Positions 25,801-37,834 of a DNA stretch of 64,000 bases are shown piece after piece. The position numbers and the translations under genes are program-made. The DNA comes from Octopus sinensis. Its lineage: Eukaryota. The stretch lies in contig NC_043012.1 of assembly GCF_006345805.1 (NCBI RefSeq), positions 42,408,001 to 42,472,000 on the forward strand. Reading direction: 5' to 3'. The first letter of the stretch is position 1, and every line of letters starts with the position of its first letter. The notes beneath the pieces were generated by a model. It saw nothing but the letters and a program-made list of their open reading frames with translations, did no database searches and was not told the DNA's origin.

Positions 25801-27949
25801 ATTGTGTCAACAGCCCCTTCCCACCCGCGTGTAGCCAAAACAAGATGCTGTGGTCATCTACTGAGATAAAATATGGTTATCCGTAATAATGAAGGGTGAA
25901 ATTAATTAATTGGAATAATTATCAATTACACCAAGTAGTCTTCGGCATGTAAAAGCCTCATTTGAGGAAAATTTAAGTAATACTAAGCAATAAGGGTTCA
26001 GCAACGAATTGCCTTACCACATACCGAATTTAAATAGCAGTCAAAGGTTATAGCTATTTCTTCTACTAAAAAGGGAGATCTCAGTAAAAACAGCAATTGG
26101 AAGGCTGACACAAACAGGTAAGAGAGAATGATTAACCGCAATCTATCAAACATTTTTAAAGTTATCCACGGACGTACGTTTCGAAATCAAGTTTTAGGAA
26201 AGCATAAGAATTAAAATATTAAATATAAATAATTCTATCTTACCGAAACTTCTTTTCTCTTCAGCGTGGAATACTATAATCATAAATGATTATATATTGA
26301 ATTTTGAGATACTAGGAGGTACCAACTCAACTCAGTATCAGAGCGAGCTAGAATCCTCAACTAGTATCACCGAATTCAAATTTGTGAATGAAACGATTGT
26401 GTCAACAGCCCCTTCCCACCCGCGTGTAGCCAAAACAAGATGCTGTGTCATCTACTGAGATAAAATATGGTTATCCGTAATAATGAAGGGTGAAATAATT
26501 AATTTGGAATAATTATCAATTACACCAGTAGTCTTCGGCATGTAAAAGCCTCATTTGAGGAAAATTTAAGTAATACTAAGCAATAAGGGTCAGCAACGAA
26601 TTGCCTTACCACATACCGAATTTAGAAATAGCAGTCAAAGGGTTATAGCTATTTCTTCTACTAAAAAGGGAGATCTCAGTAAAAACAGCAATTGGAAGGC
26701 TGACACAAACAGGTAAGAGAGAAATGAATTAACGCAATCTATCAAACATTTTAAAGTTATCCACGGACGTACGTTTCGAAATCAAGTTTTAGGAAAGCAT
26801 AAGAATTAAATATTAAATATTAAATAATTCTATCTTACCGAAACTTCTTTTCTCTTCAGCGTGGAATACTATAATCATAAATGATTATATATTGAATTTT
26901 GAGATACTAGGAGGTACCAACTCAACTCAGTATCAGAGCGAGCTAGAATCCTCAACTAGTATCACCGAATTCAATTTGTGAATGAAACGATTGTGTCAAC
27001 AGCCCCTTCCCACCCGCGTGCAGCCAAAACAAGATGCTGTGGTCATCTACTGAGATAAAATATGGTTATCCGTAATAATGAAGGGTGAAATTAATTAATT
27101 TGGAATAATTATCAATTACACCAGTAGTCTTCGGCATGTAAAAGCCTCATTTGAGGAAAATTTAAGTAATACTAAGCAATAAGGGTCAGCAACGAATTGC
27201 CTTACCACATACCGAATTTAGAAATAGCAGTCAAAGGGTTATAGCTATTTCTTCTACTAAAAAGGGAGATCTCAGTAAAAACAGCAATTGGAAGGCTGAC
27301 ACAAACAGGTAAGAGAGAATGAATTAAACCGCAATCTATCAAACATTTTTAAAGTTATCCACGGACGTACGTTTCGAAATCAAGTTTTAGGAAAGCATAA
27401 GAATTAAAATATTAAATATTAAATAATTCTATCTTACCGAAACTTCTTTTCTCTTCAGCGTGGAATACTATAATCATAAATGATTATATATTGATTTTGA
27501 GATACTAGGAGGTACCAACTCAACTCAGTATCAGAGCGAGCTAGAATCCTCAACTAGTATCACCGAATTCAAATTTGTGAATGAAACGATTGTGTCAACA
27601 GCCCCTTCCCACCCGCGTGCAGCCAAAACGATGCTGTGGTCATCTACTGAGATAAAATATGGTTATCCGTAATAATGAAGGGTGAAATTAATTAATTTGG
27701 ATAATTATCAATCACCAAGTAGTCTTCGGCATGTAAAACCTCATTGAGGAAAATTTAAGTATACTAAGCATAAGGGTTCAGCAACGATTGCCTTACCACA
27801 TACCGAATTTAGAAATAGCAGTCAACGGGTTATAGCTATTTCTTCTACTAAAAAGGGAGATCTCAGTAAAAACAGCAATTGGAAGGCTGACACAAACAGG
27901 TAAGAGAGAATGAATTAACCGCAATCTATCAAACATGTTTCTTTAAAGT
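19894..27949 (-). repeat. Tandem array of a ~598-bp non-coding unit (13 full copies plus a partial 14th); each full unit carries a hammerhead ribozyme motif
   Basis: Unit starts (CCGTAATAATG or error variants) at ~19897, 20501, 21103, 21707, 22304, 22896, 23490, 24097, 24693, 25285, 25881, 26475, 27070, 27667. Units differ mostly by scattered indels. Left flank is (TA)n-like; the right end has an inverted unit fragment. Confidence 0.97.
26165..26270 (-). ncRNA. Minimal type-I hammerhead ribozyme (representative copy; one per array unit, e.g. also 20186-20293 and 24384-24487)
   Basis: UCCACG-CUGAAGA-GAAA-AG-AAGUUU...AGAAUUA..UAAUUCU...AAACUU-GA-UUUC-GAAA-CGUACG-UC/CGUGGA: perfect 6-bp stem I, consensus CUGANGA and GAAA, GUC triplet, palindromic stem III. 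Predicted cut between + positions 26170 and 26171. Confidence 0.85.
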
Positions 27950-28038
27950 AGAAGAAATAGCTATAAACCCTTTGACTGCTATTTCTAAATTCGGTAATGT
28001 GGTAGGCAATTCGTTGCTGAACCCTTATTGCTTAGTAT
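27947..28038 (+). repeat. Inverted ~92-bp fragment of the array unit capping the array
   Basis: Reverse complement of ATACTAAGCAATAAGGGTTCAGC...CTATTTCTTCTACT in the unit; followed by (TA)n. Confidence 0.9.
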
Positions 28039-28042
28039 ATAT

Positions 28043-28080
<38 letters not shown>

Positions 28081-28081
<1 letters not shown>

Positions 28082-28448
28082 GGCACAGGAGTGGCTGTGT
28101 GGTAAGAAGCTTACTTCCCAACCACATGGTTCCGGGTTCTGTCCCACTGTGTAGCACCTTGGGCAAGTATCTTCAACTATAGCCTCGGGCCGACAAAAGC
28201 TTTGTGAGTGGATTTGGTAGACACCTGTCGTGTATGTGTGTATGTGTGTGTGCGTGTGTTTCCCCCGCTATCACTTGACAACCGATGTTTGGTGTGTTTA
28301 CGTCTCCATTACTTAGCGGTTCGGAAATGATGAGCATTAGAATAAGTTGTTGGTATACAAAGAATTAGTCCTGGGGTCGATTCGTTCGACTAAATGCGGT
28401 GTTCCAGCATAGCGGCAGTCAAATGACTGAAACAAGTAAAGAATAAAA
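28081..28448 (+). mobile_element. tRNA-derived SINE (family S1)
   Basis: A-box-like TGGCTGTGTGGTAAG, B-box-like GGTTCTGTCCC, CTTGGGCAAG core, internal (TG)n, tail GCGGTGTTCCAGCAT..GCAGTCAAATGACTGAAACAAGTAAAGAATAAAA; homologous to 40518-40883 and 55605-56025. Confidence 0.8.
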
Positions 28449-29139
28449 TTATATATATATACATATATACATGTGTGTATATGTGTATATATATGTATGC
28501 ATGCATGCATGTATATATGTATGTATGTATGCATGTATTATGTATGTATGTATGATGTATGTATGTATGTATGTATGTATGTATGTATGTATGTATGTAT
28601 GTATGTATGTATTCATTTATGTGTGTGTATGCATGTCAGTCATTTTGTCTTTGTTTCGTGCTTATCTCAAAACAAATCAGTATTTTAAAAAATCTAGAAG
28701 GTAGCCTTTCTGAAAGTCAAACACAAGTCCGTAACATAATGTCCACGTCTCGTAATAACCCGCTGGATCATAAGAACATAAGGACACCAACAAAAGGCCA
28801 ATGGCACTCAGACTGTTACAGCCCATACCCGTCCAAGACATCCCATTCATGGGAGTTGAATTTAACACTACAAGCTAATGAAACAATCGTCAATTATGCA
28901 TTGTTCCTGCTGCCTACAGCGTCAACATTATGAAACCACTGCATAATTGATGAGCGGCAATTATCGCAAAAGCGTTGGAAAACATGGGGAAAAAAAATTC
29001 CAGATGAACAAACCCCTAATAACATATTAATAGCGTTATTTTTGTTGTTTGTATCGAGGGATGGATTTTTAGTCGTGTTCAACTTCTTCAAACATGACGA
29101 TAACGACAAAGACGGCGACGTTAGTGCTGCTACTGCTGC

Positions 29140-29177
29140 TGCTGTGCTGTTATTGCTAACGTTGTTAATGCTGATAC

Positions 29178-29225
<48 letters not shown>

Positions 29226-29490
29226 GGATGATGATGATGATGATGACGATGACGATGACGACGATGACGATGACGATGACGATAATGATGGTGCTGGTGG
29301 TGGTGGTGGTGGTTGTGATGATGATAATGATGACGATGATGATAGTGGCGGTGGTGGTGGAAGTGTCGGTGCTGATGGTCATGGTAATAATGATGATAGA
29401 GCGTGGTGGCGGTGCTTGTGTTAATGATACATTAATGACTGAAGTCGATGCTAATTTTCAATTTATGATTGTATTCTTGCCGTTATTGTT

Positions 29491-29522
<32 letters not shown>

Positions 29523-29640
29523 TTATTATTATTATCGGCGGTGGTGGCAATTGTGGTGATTGTGGTGGTGGTGGTGGCGGCGGTGGTGGCGGCGGTGGTG
29601 GTGGTGGGGTAGTAGTAGTAGTAGTGGTGGTGTGGGATGT
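29140..29640. repeat. Compound trinucleotide microsatellite (GAT/GAC/GGT/ATC/GGC/GTA)
   Basis: Direct inspection; source of the spurious poly-M/poly-G ORFs. Confidence 0.9.
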
Positions 29641-30199
29641 GCATGGTGGTAGGTAGCCTTAAAATTAATGACGATGAAGACAGCAATGATTATAGAGACG
29701 ACGTTAGCGTTAGTGATAACCGTAGTTGTTTTCTGGTCGTTAAGGTAACTGTCGTTATTGTTGTTAATGGTGTTGTTTTGTTGTTGTTGCTGCCGTTGCT
29801 GTTGCTACTGTTGAGCAAAGGTCAACTCTGATTGAACAAGAACTATGATCAAAGGCGTTCTAGCTAGAACCATCCCATTTTTTTTTACCATTTTTATTAT
29901 TATTTCGTTTCCAGTTCTAATGCTTTTAGGACTACACTATTCAACGTTTCCTGCCTTTCTTTTAAAGTCTGTTGAGTCTGATTTTGAAGGTGATTTAGAT
30001 GTTATTTTAAGCAGGTTACCGATTATGTGGAAGTTCTTCCACGTCCAGTAGTTGCTGAGGTTTGCTTTTGCAATGGCGTGGATTATGATGGTGATGACGA
30101 AGATTGGGATGTTGACCGAAGTAAAATGTTAGTGGCGATGAGAATACCCTGAGATATTTTATCCTTATTTGCTGCTGTTACAGATTATCGTTGTTTTAT

Positions 30200-30870
30200 G
30201 TAAAACCCCGCCACTGTCCACTGTATTGTACCCTATATGTCGGCCCTGTTGGCCAATAGGGCTAGACCGAGGAAGGGCGCTTGACACCTCGAGTGCCGTC
30301 AAGCGCCCACAACCCTCCCACAGTCGGGCAATGAGATCGATAGTAGTTCCACACTGGCGTTCTATAGAGGGTTTGTGAAGGAAAACGCGACGACGTTCTC
30401 GGGAAACTCCAGGCGTCAACGGGGATCAACTTACTGGTCTGTTTCGAAGAACTTTCGGGCCGGGACCTATGGATAACTTCCAGAAATCCCTCGCCTAGCA
30501 GTGTTACCATGGGGCGCTGCCTGTTCGGGATAAACTTTACGGGCACGGAAGTGTCCTTTAGCCGGGCCTTCCCGTGGTGCGCTCAGAGCGACGAAACCGT
30601 TCTGAACGCACTCATCCAGTGCCCGAGCACTGCTGATCTATGGGTTTATGTCGAACAGCTGCAGCTGGGTGTAGGACGGATCAGCTGAATCTACGGGGAA
30701 GATTGTTCCGCAGGCCCCCTTTAATCGGGAGGGGCTGGCAATTTTCATTTTTCTGGTGGCTATAGCAAAAGAGGTAATATAGTGGAATTGTTTGAAAGGG
30801 TTAAATTCAGATACTTTCCTCTTTGGCCAAGCCCTCGTCAACTTTTTCAAGTTTCACTTGAGAAGGAAAA
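30200..30870 (+). mobile_element. Degenerate Tx1/L1-like LINE 3' ORF2 fragment, paralogue of 44645-45658
   Basis: Reads STLAFYRG...FGPGPMDNFQKSLA*QCYHGALPVRDKLYGHG..., aligning with the zinc-finger region of the minus-strand element at 45223-45658; stops and frameshifts. Confidence 0.75.
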
Positions 30871-30880
30871 TTTGACATTA

Positions 30881-30927
<47 letters not shown>

Positions 30928-31122
30928 TTATTATTATTACTACTACTATTTGGTTTCCCTTTAATTTAATCGAGTTGCATTCGGCTCTCAACCAGAGACG
31001 GCAATCTAGATTTTACACCTGTAGGTGCTAACAGGTGAGGTGCAATGAAATTGAAAAGCTGATACCTAAGTATTAAAAAAATGGTAACACTGAATAAGAT
31101 TTAATTTACATAGAAAGGAATT

Positions 31123-31169
<47 letters not shown>

Positions 31170-31465
31170 AAGTGTGGTAGTGGTGGTGGTGGGGTGGTGG
31201 TGGTGGTGGTGGTGGTGGTGGTGGTGGTTGTGGTGGTGGTTGTGGTGGTGGTAGCAGTATCGCTATTATTTCTAATTTAGGAACAAGGCCACAGATATAG
31301 GTGCGTATAATCGATTATACTGGCTACATTAGGAAATTCGTACGTATTTATTGACACCGGAAAGATGAAAATTGAAACGGATCTCCAATAGGTTTTAATA
31401 CAGAAAGCACTATGCTGTTACTATTTATACATATATATACATGTATATATGAATATATACATATA

Positions 31466-31527
<62 letters not shown>

Positions 31528-31601
31528 TATATGTATATATATATATATCTATATATATATATATATACATGTATGTATATATATGCATATATACATATAT
31601 G

Positions 31602-31646
<45 letters not shown>

Positions 31647-31688
31647 ATATGCATATATGTGTGTGTGCGCTTGTGTGTGTATGTATAT

Positions 31689-31734
<46 letters not shown>

Positions 31735-31830
31735 TATAGTGTGTAGCACTCGCTTCAGCACTCTTCTGATCCTGCCACTCAACTTCGCTATTGCTCAATG
31801 ATGATGATGATGATGATGGTGATGATAACA

Positions 31831-31975
31831 ACAATAACAGGGATTGCAATACAGATGAAGAGCTTGCAGAAAACAGCACTCTTTGGAACAGCTCGAATAC
31901 CTCAGAGTTTGGGGTAGACGGAAACTGTTTAGAAGCCCATTGGGTAGATTGTAACCCTAAATGTACAGCATTATG
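31831..31975 (+). mobile_element. Possible extreme 3' remnant of an R4/Dong-type (RLE) non-LTR element
   Basis: 31864-31899 encodes [12 protein letters not shown], resembling the terminal 'LQK..LLGTARILR' motif of such ORFs; adjacent to GAT/AAC trinucleotide repeats. Short match only. Confidence 0.4.
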
Positions 31976-32562
31976 ACACCCTCATTCATACTGCTTCCGC
32001 CAAAGAATTATGCTAAAGTTATGCATGTCTGGGAAATAATCACGAGGGGATAATTCAGTTGATCAAACACCAGTATTTTCATCGTTAGATATCGAAGATA
32101 CCCCGTCAATATTTTTAGAATGATGAATTGAAAGGAAACATTTCAAGGCTTTATTTGAAACAATTTTTACCTACAGAACCGAGAAGATAATCACTGGACA
32201 TCGCTTTCTTTTAAAATTGGAGCTCATTGTCTAGAAAATAATAAATATTATATTACGGATCGGATGATCTCATGCTTTATCAACTGACAATATTTTATAT
32301 TCAAAAAGATTATTTTAGATTGGACATAGTTTGAGGCAAAATATATCGCTACCCGCTCAAAACTACAGCAACAAGGTCTTAATATTTCGGGTGAATGGCA
32401 GAGAAATACAGTTTGAAATTTAATTAGCGAGGAGCTTAACCTATTAAAAACAGCTACCAAATGTACTTCATAACATACCAAACGGTTTTAAAAGAGAACT
32501 TTTAGCATGATGTAGTATTTTGACGGGATGGTCGAAGCTTGCTCTATTATGGCTGACATAAA

Positions 32563-32809
32563 ATAATAATAAATGCACACTTTTAAAGCCTAACCAGGCT
32601 CATAGGCCTGGTTTCCCGGTTTCTTTGGCGTATGTGTTCCCCAGCTGGACCATCGCAGCGTTACTCATTTTTGCCACCTGAGTGGACTGGAGCAACGTGA
32701 AATGAAGTGTTTTGCTCAAGAACACAACGCATCGCCCGGTCCAGGAATCGAAGCCAAAATCTTACGGTCGTGATGCTGACACCCTAACCACTAAGCCACG
32801 TGCCTCCAC
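32563..32809 (-). mobile_element. tRNA-derived SINE (family S2)
   Basis: Minus strand GTGGAGGCACG-TGGCTTAGTGGTTAGGG (A box)...GCTTCGATTCC (B box), then GTGTTCTTGAGCAAAACACTT conserved-core-like segment. Confidence 0.75.
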
Positions 32810-34063
32810 ACATTGTGGCTGACATAGGGTGAAACAATAAAAACAACACCCGTCATATCGTAAACAAGATATAACAAGTAGGCCCCGTGAATATTTCACT
32901 GAATTAATGGAAAACGTATTGGGTCATTTCTGAAAACTTTATCCAAGAAACCTGAAACCTGTGTTGTGTCTGTATCAAAAGATTATCGTTCATCTGTTAA
33001 TCATTGAAAAGCGAAGATAATTAGAATACGATAATTACTTATTGCACTTTATATATACACGTCATATACTTTATACACAATTTTATAGATTTAATACACA
33101 ACGCTCACCATCTTCTTCTCTCACTCCTCACCTTACCCTCCTTTTCTTGCTCCTTTTTCTTTCGCACTTCGCCTTTCCCTTCAACTAATCACATTAAAGC
33201 ATTATAGACGGGCTGCGTAACGGAGCAAAACAAAATTAATTTTAAAAGATTACACATTTAACTTACCACCACCTCTCCCTCCACCCTTCCCTCTATTCTC
33301 CCTATCTCTCCTCCCCTCCCCTTCAACTAATCAAATGGAAGCGTTACGGACTGGCTAAGTAGCGGAGTGACAGACAAAATTATAATCAGATAAAAACATG
33401 AATGAAATATCGATAAACGTAATAAGTGAAGTGTAGCTTTCTATTATATAGGTTCGATTCATATTTAAATATTTAAAGTAATTTGTAGGTATTGAGTCAT
33501 ACACTTTTGTTTAATTCTCAAAGCTTGAAGTCCATATTCTTGAGACAGAAAGAGTAGTGTACCTACACACAAACAAATGGTTAGGGCAGATATGTTGAAA
33601 GAAAGATACACATATTATAAATATAGCAATGCATATAAAAATGGCACGCGTTGTGTTAATGGACAATATTAACTGACTGTTGAGAGGAAATCATAGCGGA
33701 AGTGATTAAACTAAAAACAGAAGCGGGTAGTTTCTCTCTTAGCAACACTGACATTATAAATACCGCTTTCCCTTGCTTGTACAATTCCCGTCTTCCTCTT
33801 AGTGCTTTACCACTGTCGATATTTCTCAGAAATTTTTAGAAATCATTAAACACACAAAGATACAAACATAGACACGAATACACACATAAACACACACACA
33901 CATATAAAAAGGTGTGTGTGCATGCATGCGGGTGTATCTATGTATGTATGTATGTATGTATGCGTGTGCATATATATATATATATATAGAGAGAGAGAGG
34001 GGGGGGAGAGGGAGAGAGAAAAACAGATAAAAAATAGATAAAAACTATGTATATATATGTATT

Positions 34064-34096
<33 letters not shown>

Positions 34097-34160
34097 GAGG
34101 GAGAGAGGGAGAGAGAAAAACAGATAAAAAATAGATAAAAACTATGTATATATATGTATT

Positions 34161-34211
<51 letters not shown>

Positions 34212-34230
34212 TGAGAGAAAGATAGATAAT

Positions 34231-34320
<90 letters not shown>

Positions 34321-34789
34321 TGGATATATATATATGTATGTGTGTGTAAATATACATATACATATATATATTCTACTTTCATAAGTTTTTATTTTCGATC
34401 TATTTATTTCGATAGTATAATGTTGCCGATGTTGTTGTAGCAGTGGTTGTTGTTATTAATATCTGTTACCGGAGTTGATACCTCACGATCTTTGCCTTTG
34501 TTCAAGTGCACCAGCATATGATCTGGGCTATTATGGTTCCTAAGTTAGAAATTAATTCTTACTTCGAAAATATAAAAAGATACATACTTACCTATATTTC
34601 TCTTATATATGTACATATATATGTACATGTGTATAATATATATATATATATATATAGATATATATATATGATTAGGTTGTGTATATGCAACTTTATATGG
34701 AGATAGATACATAGACAGAAATTGATAGGTGTAAACATATATATGCATGTGTGTGCGTTTGTGTGACATTTATTTGTTTATTTGTAGGC

Positions 34790-34827
<38 letters not shown>

Positions 34828-34916
34828 TATGTATATATATATAAATCTATAGATATATATATTAATATTCTTACAGTAATATATATACATTGATAAGTAT
34901 ATATATACAAATATAT

Positions 34917-34952
<36 letters not shown>

Positions 34953-35055
34953 AATATATATATATATACATACATATATATAACATATAAATATTCATAT
35001 ATCTATATATATATATATAATTAGATAGATAGATAGATAGATAGATATATAGATA

Positions 35056-35100
<45 letters not shown>

Positions 35101-35179
35101 CAGATAGATAGATAGATGAATAAAATGCAATATATATCCATATATAATTACATATGTTTATCGATTTATCTCTGTCTTG

Positions 35180-35248
<69 letters not shown>

Positions 35249-35447
35249 TATTAATTTATAAAAATTTATAAAAATATGGTAAAGTAAAAGAATTCACTTT
35301 ACCACACACCGAACTTTTCAGAAATAGCAGCCAAAAATTTGGCTATTTCTTCAACTGCAAATAAAAGTCTCCAGACAATGCATACTCAGAAAAATAACTC
35401 ACATAGGTATAAGGGAAAAACATGAAAGATCACATCCATATACGATA

Positions 35448-35509
35448 CCCGAGGACAGTCTGTTTCTGGATTTGTGGGTAAAACGCCACTTTTCCTTCAT
35501 CAGCTCAGA
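35448..35509 (-). ncRNA. Minimal type-I hammerhead motif within a ~340-bp insert (35275-35618) related to the array unit
   Basis: UCUGAG-CUGAUGA-A-GGA..GUGG...CCAC..UCC-A-GAAA-CAGACUG-UC/CUCGGG; canonical CUGAUGA and GUC; A-A mismatch at the base of stem II. Confidence 0.6.
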
Positions 35510-35978
35510 GATTTCTTCTGATTTAGATTTGAAAATACTAAGAATCAAACATACCCGTCCGATATCTGTAACATCGGACAAACCATGCCAGACACCCAGT
35601 ACTAGCGAATATTTGCTATATAATATATATATGTAAATGTATATATTGATAGGTAGATAGGTGGATAGGTGGATAGATAGAGAGAGGGAGAGAGGGAATG
35701 ATAGAGAGATACACGAATATGCGTCTACATATTGATGTGTGTGTTTGTGCATGAATGTATGTATATATATGGCGGTGCTCCAGCATGGCAGTAACCTCAA
35801 GGCTGAAATATATAAGAAGAAAAAGAAAAGAATATATATGCGTGTAAGAACTCTCTTGGAGGGAAATTAAAATCCATTCATAAGATTTACAATAGGAGTG
35901 ATTTCTCTCATCTATCGATTTTCATTTGCATCTCATTATAGATATTTTGCTTATTTATCTATTGACTTCATTTACTTC

Positions 35979-36011
<33 letters not shown>

Positions 36012-36119
36012 TCTTTCATGTCTCTGGTTATGTATATATGGAAAGAAAAATGAGTACATATACTTATATACTTATATAAATAGTTGTACTTTTGACCCTA
36101 TATAGATATATATATATAG

Positions 36120-36150
<31 letters not shown>

Positions 36151-36151
36151 C

Positions 36152-36197
<46 letters not shown>

Positions 36198-36299
36198 TAA
36201 TAGGTAGATAGATAGACAGATAAATATAAACATATATATATATACATACATATATACATACACATATATATAAATATATACATATATATTTATATTATA

Positions 36300-36371
<72 letters not shown>

Positions 36372-37280
36372 AAAATATACACAGGCACACACACACATAT
36401 ATATATACATACGTATGCATATATATATATGCGTGTGTGTGTGTGTGTACATCTGCGTATATATTTACTTACTTCCCTACATACATACACATATATATAT
36501 ATATATTTATAATTATGTTTATATTATATATGTATAATATATGTTTATATTATATATATATATATATATATATGAATATATATACACACGCACGCACACA
36601 TAACATACAAATACACACACACACACACGCACACACACACACATATATATATACGCATACAGGCGCACATACGCGCGTTTCTCTCTCCTCTTTTATACCC
36701 GCATCTTGTACTTTTTTTATTATGTGTGTATGTTTATGAGAATAATGTTATGGTGTGTTGCTGTGTTTATGTGTGAGGGGGTGTGTGTGCGTATGTGCAT
36801 GTGCATGTACGTGTGTGTTTGTGTGAAACTGAAATACTATTTTTATATTTGAAAGTAGAAAGATAAATCTTTCGAATAGACACACCAATTTCTTTGCTTG
36901 TTTTTGTTTGATATGAGAAAGCAATCGAATCTTTTATATCGTATTCTCTTCGGTATGTGAACATTTTAAGTGTTATATTGCCAGTGACTGCTGGGACAGA
37001 TAACAAGAGCAAATAAGTTGTTGATTAAATACTTACCCAAGAATTCTATCTAATACTTCCCAAAAAAATCCATTAATTCAAAGGGACAGGCACCACCGAA
37101 GACTCATTTTTCAGTTCAGTACATTGAAGAGAAGTTAATTTCTGAAAGCCAATACCTCTCCAAATTATATAAAGACGATACGAACTGGGCACTAAAAGCT
37201 TACGAATGAATTTCACTGCGCTTCCGTTGGTGCCAGGAACGGATTTACCAGCTTCAGGTATCTGTTTATCTCTAAATACA

Positions 37281-37834
37281 CAGTAATCCCTCGACTGTCG
37301 CGGGTGATACGTTCCAAAACCTCCCGCGATAGGTGAAAATCTTCGAAGTAGAAACAGTACTGTACTGTATGTATTTTTTATCGTTTCTATAATCTGTATA
37401 TATTTATTTTATTATAAATGCAAAACAACATCACACACTCGCCTCCCTAGTTTCGTTTTCCGTACAGTATGTGCGATTCTTTGTTTACTCATCTACAGTA
37501 CAGTACGTATTTTCTGTTAATATATTTTGATTAATGTGTTTCATAGTGCAGTACTATACTGTATTTTTACTTACCAGTTTCTTAATTTTTATGTGTGAAA
37601 ATGCTTATTTTACCACAGAAATAATTAAAATCTAAAAAATATAAATACCTATCATCCGCAGAAACCCGCGATATACTGAGGAGTTTGTGGTATAAATTTA
37701 CATATATTAGCCAGAAAAATCCACGATGTAATGAGTGCGCGATTTATGAACCGCGATGTTCTGAGTGCGCGATTTATGAACCGCAATGTTCTGAGTGCGC
37801 GATGGGTGAACCGCCATATGGCAGGGGATAAATG
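37281..37834. mobile_element. Degenerate Tc1/pogo(Tigger)-like MITE with an internal 30-bp x3 tandem repeat (37725-37814)
   Basis: Left end CAGTAATCCCTCGAC; the right end reverse complement reads CATTTATCCCCTGCC with TA outside; GATGTTCTGAGTGCGCGATTTATGAACCGC repeated three times with variation. Confidence 0.5.

Noticed and set aside
19894-27949. Array as a CRISPR locus or a tandem protein-coding gene cluster
   Set aside because: Units are ~598 bp and essentially identical with no unique spacers, the context is eukaryotic, and no ORF is conserved across units.
28081-28155. tRNA genes at the SINE heads (also 32740-32809, 54108-54200, 55960-56025)
   Set aside because: A/B boxes are present but I cannot build a complete cloverleaf, and each continues into a repeated SINE body.
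33970-34161. ~97-bp tandem duplication of a compound TA/GA microsatellite block
   Set aside because: Real but explained by ordinary local slippage or duplication; no further structure.
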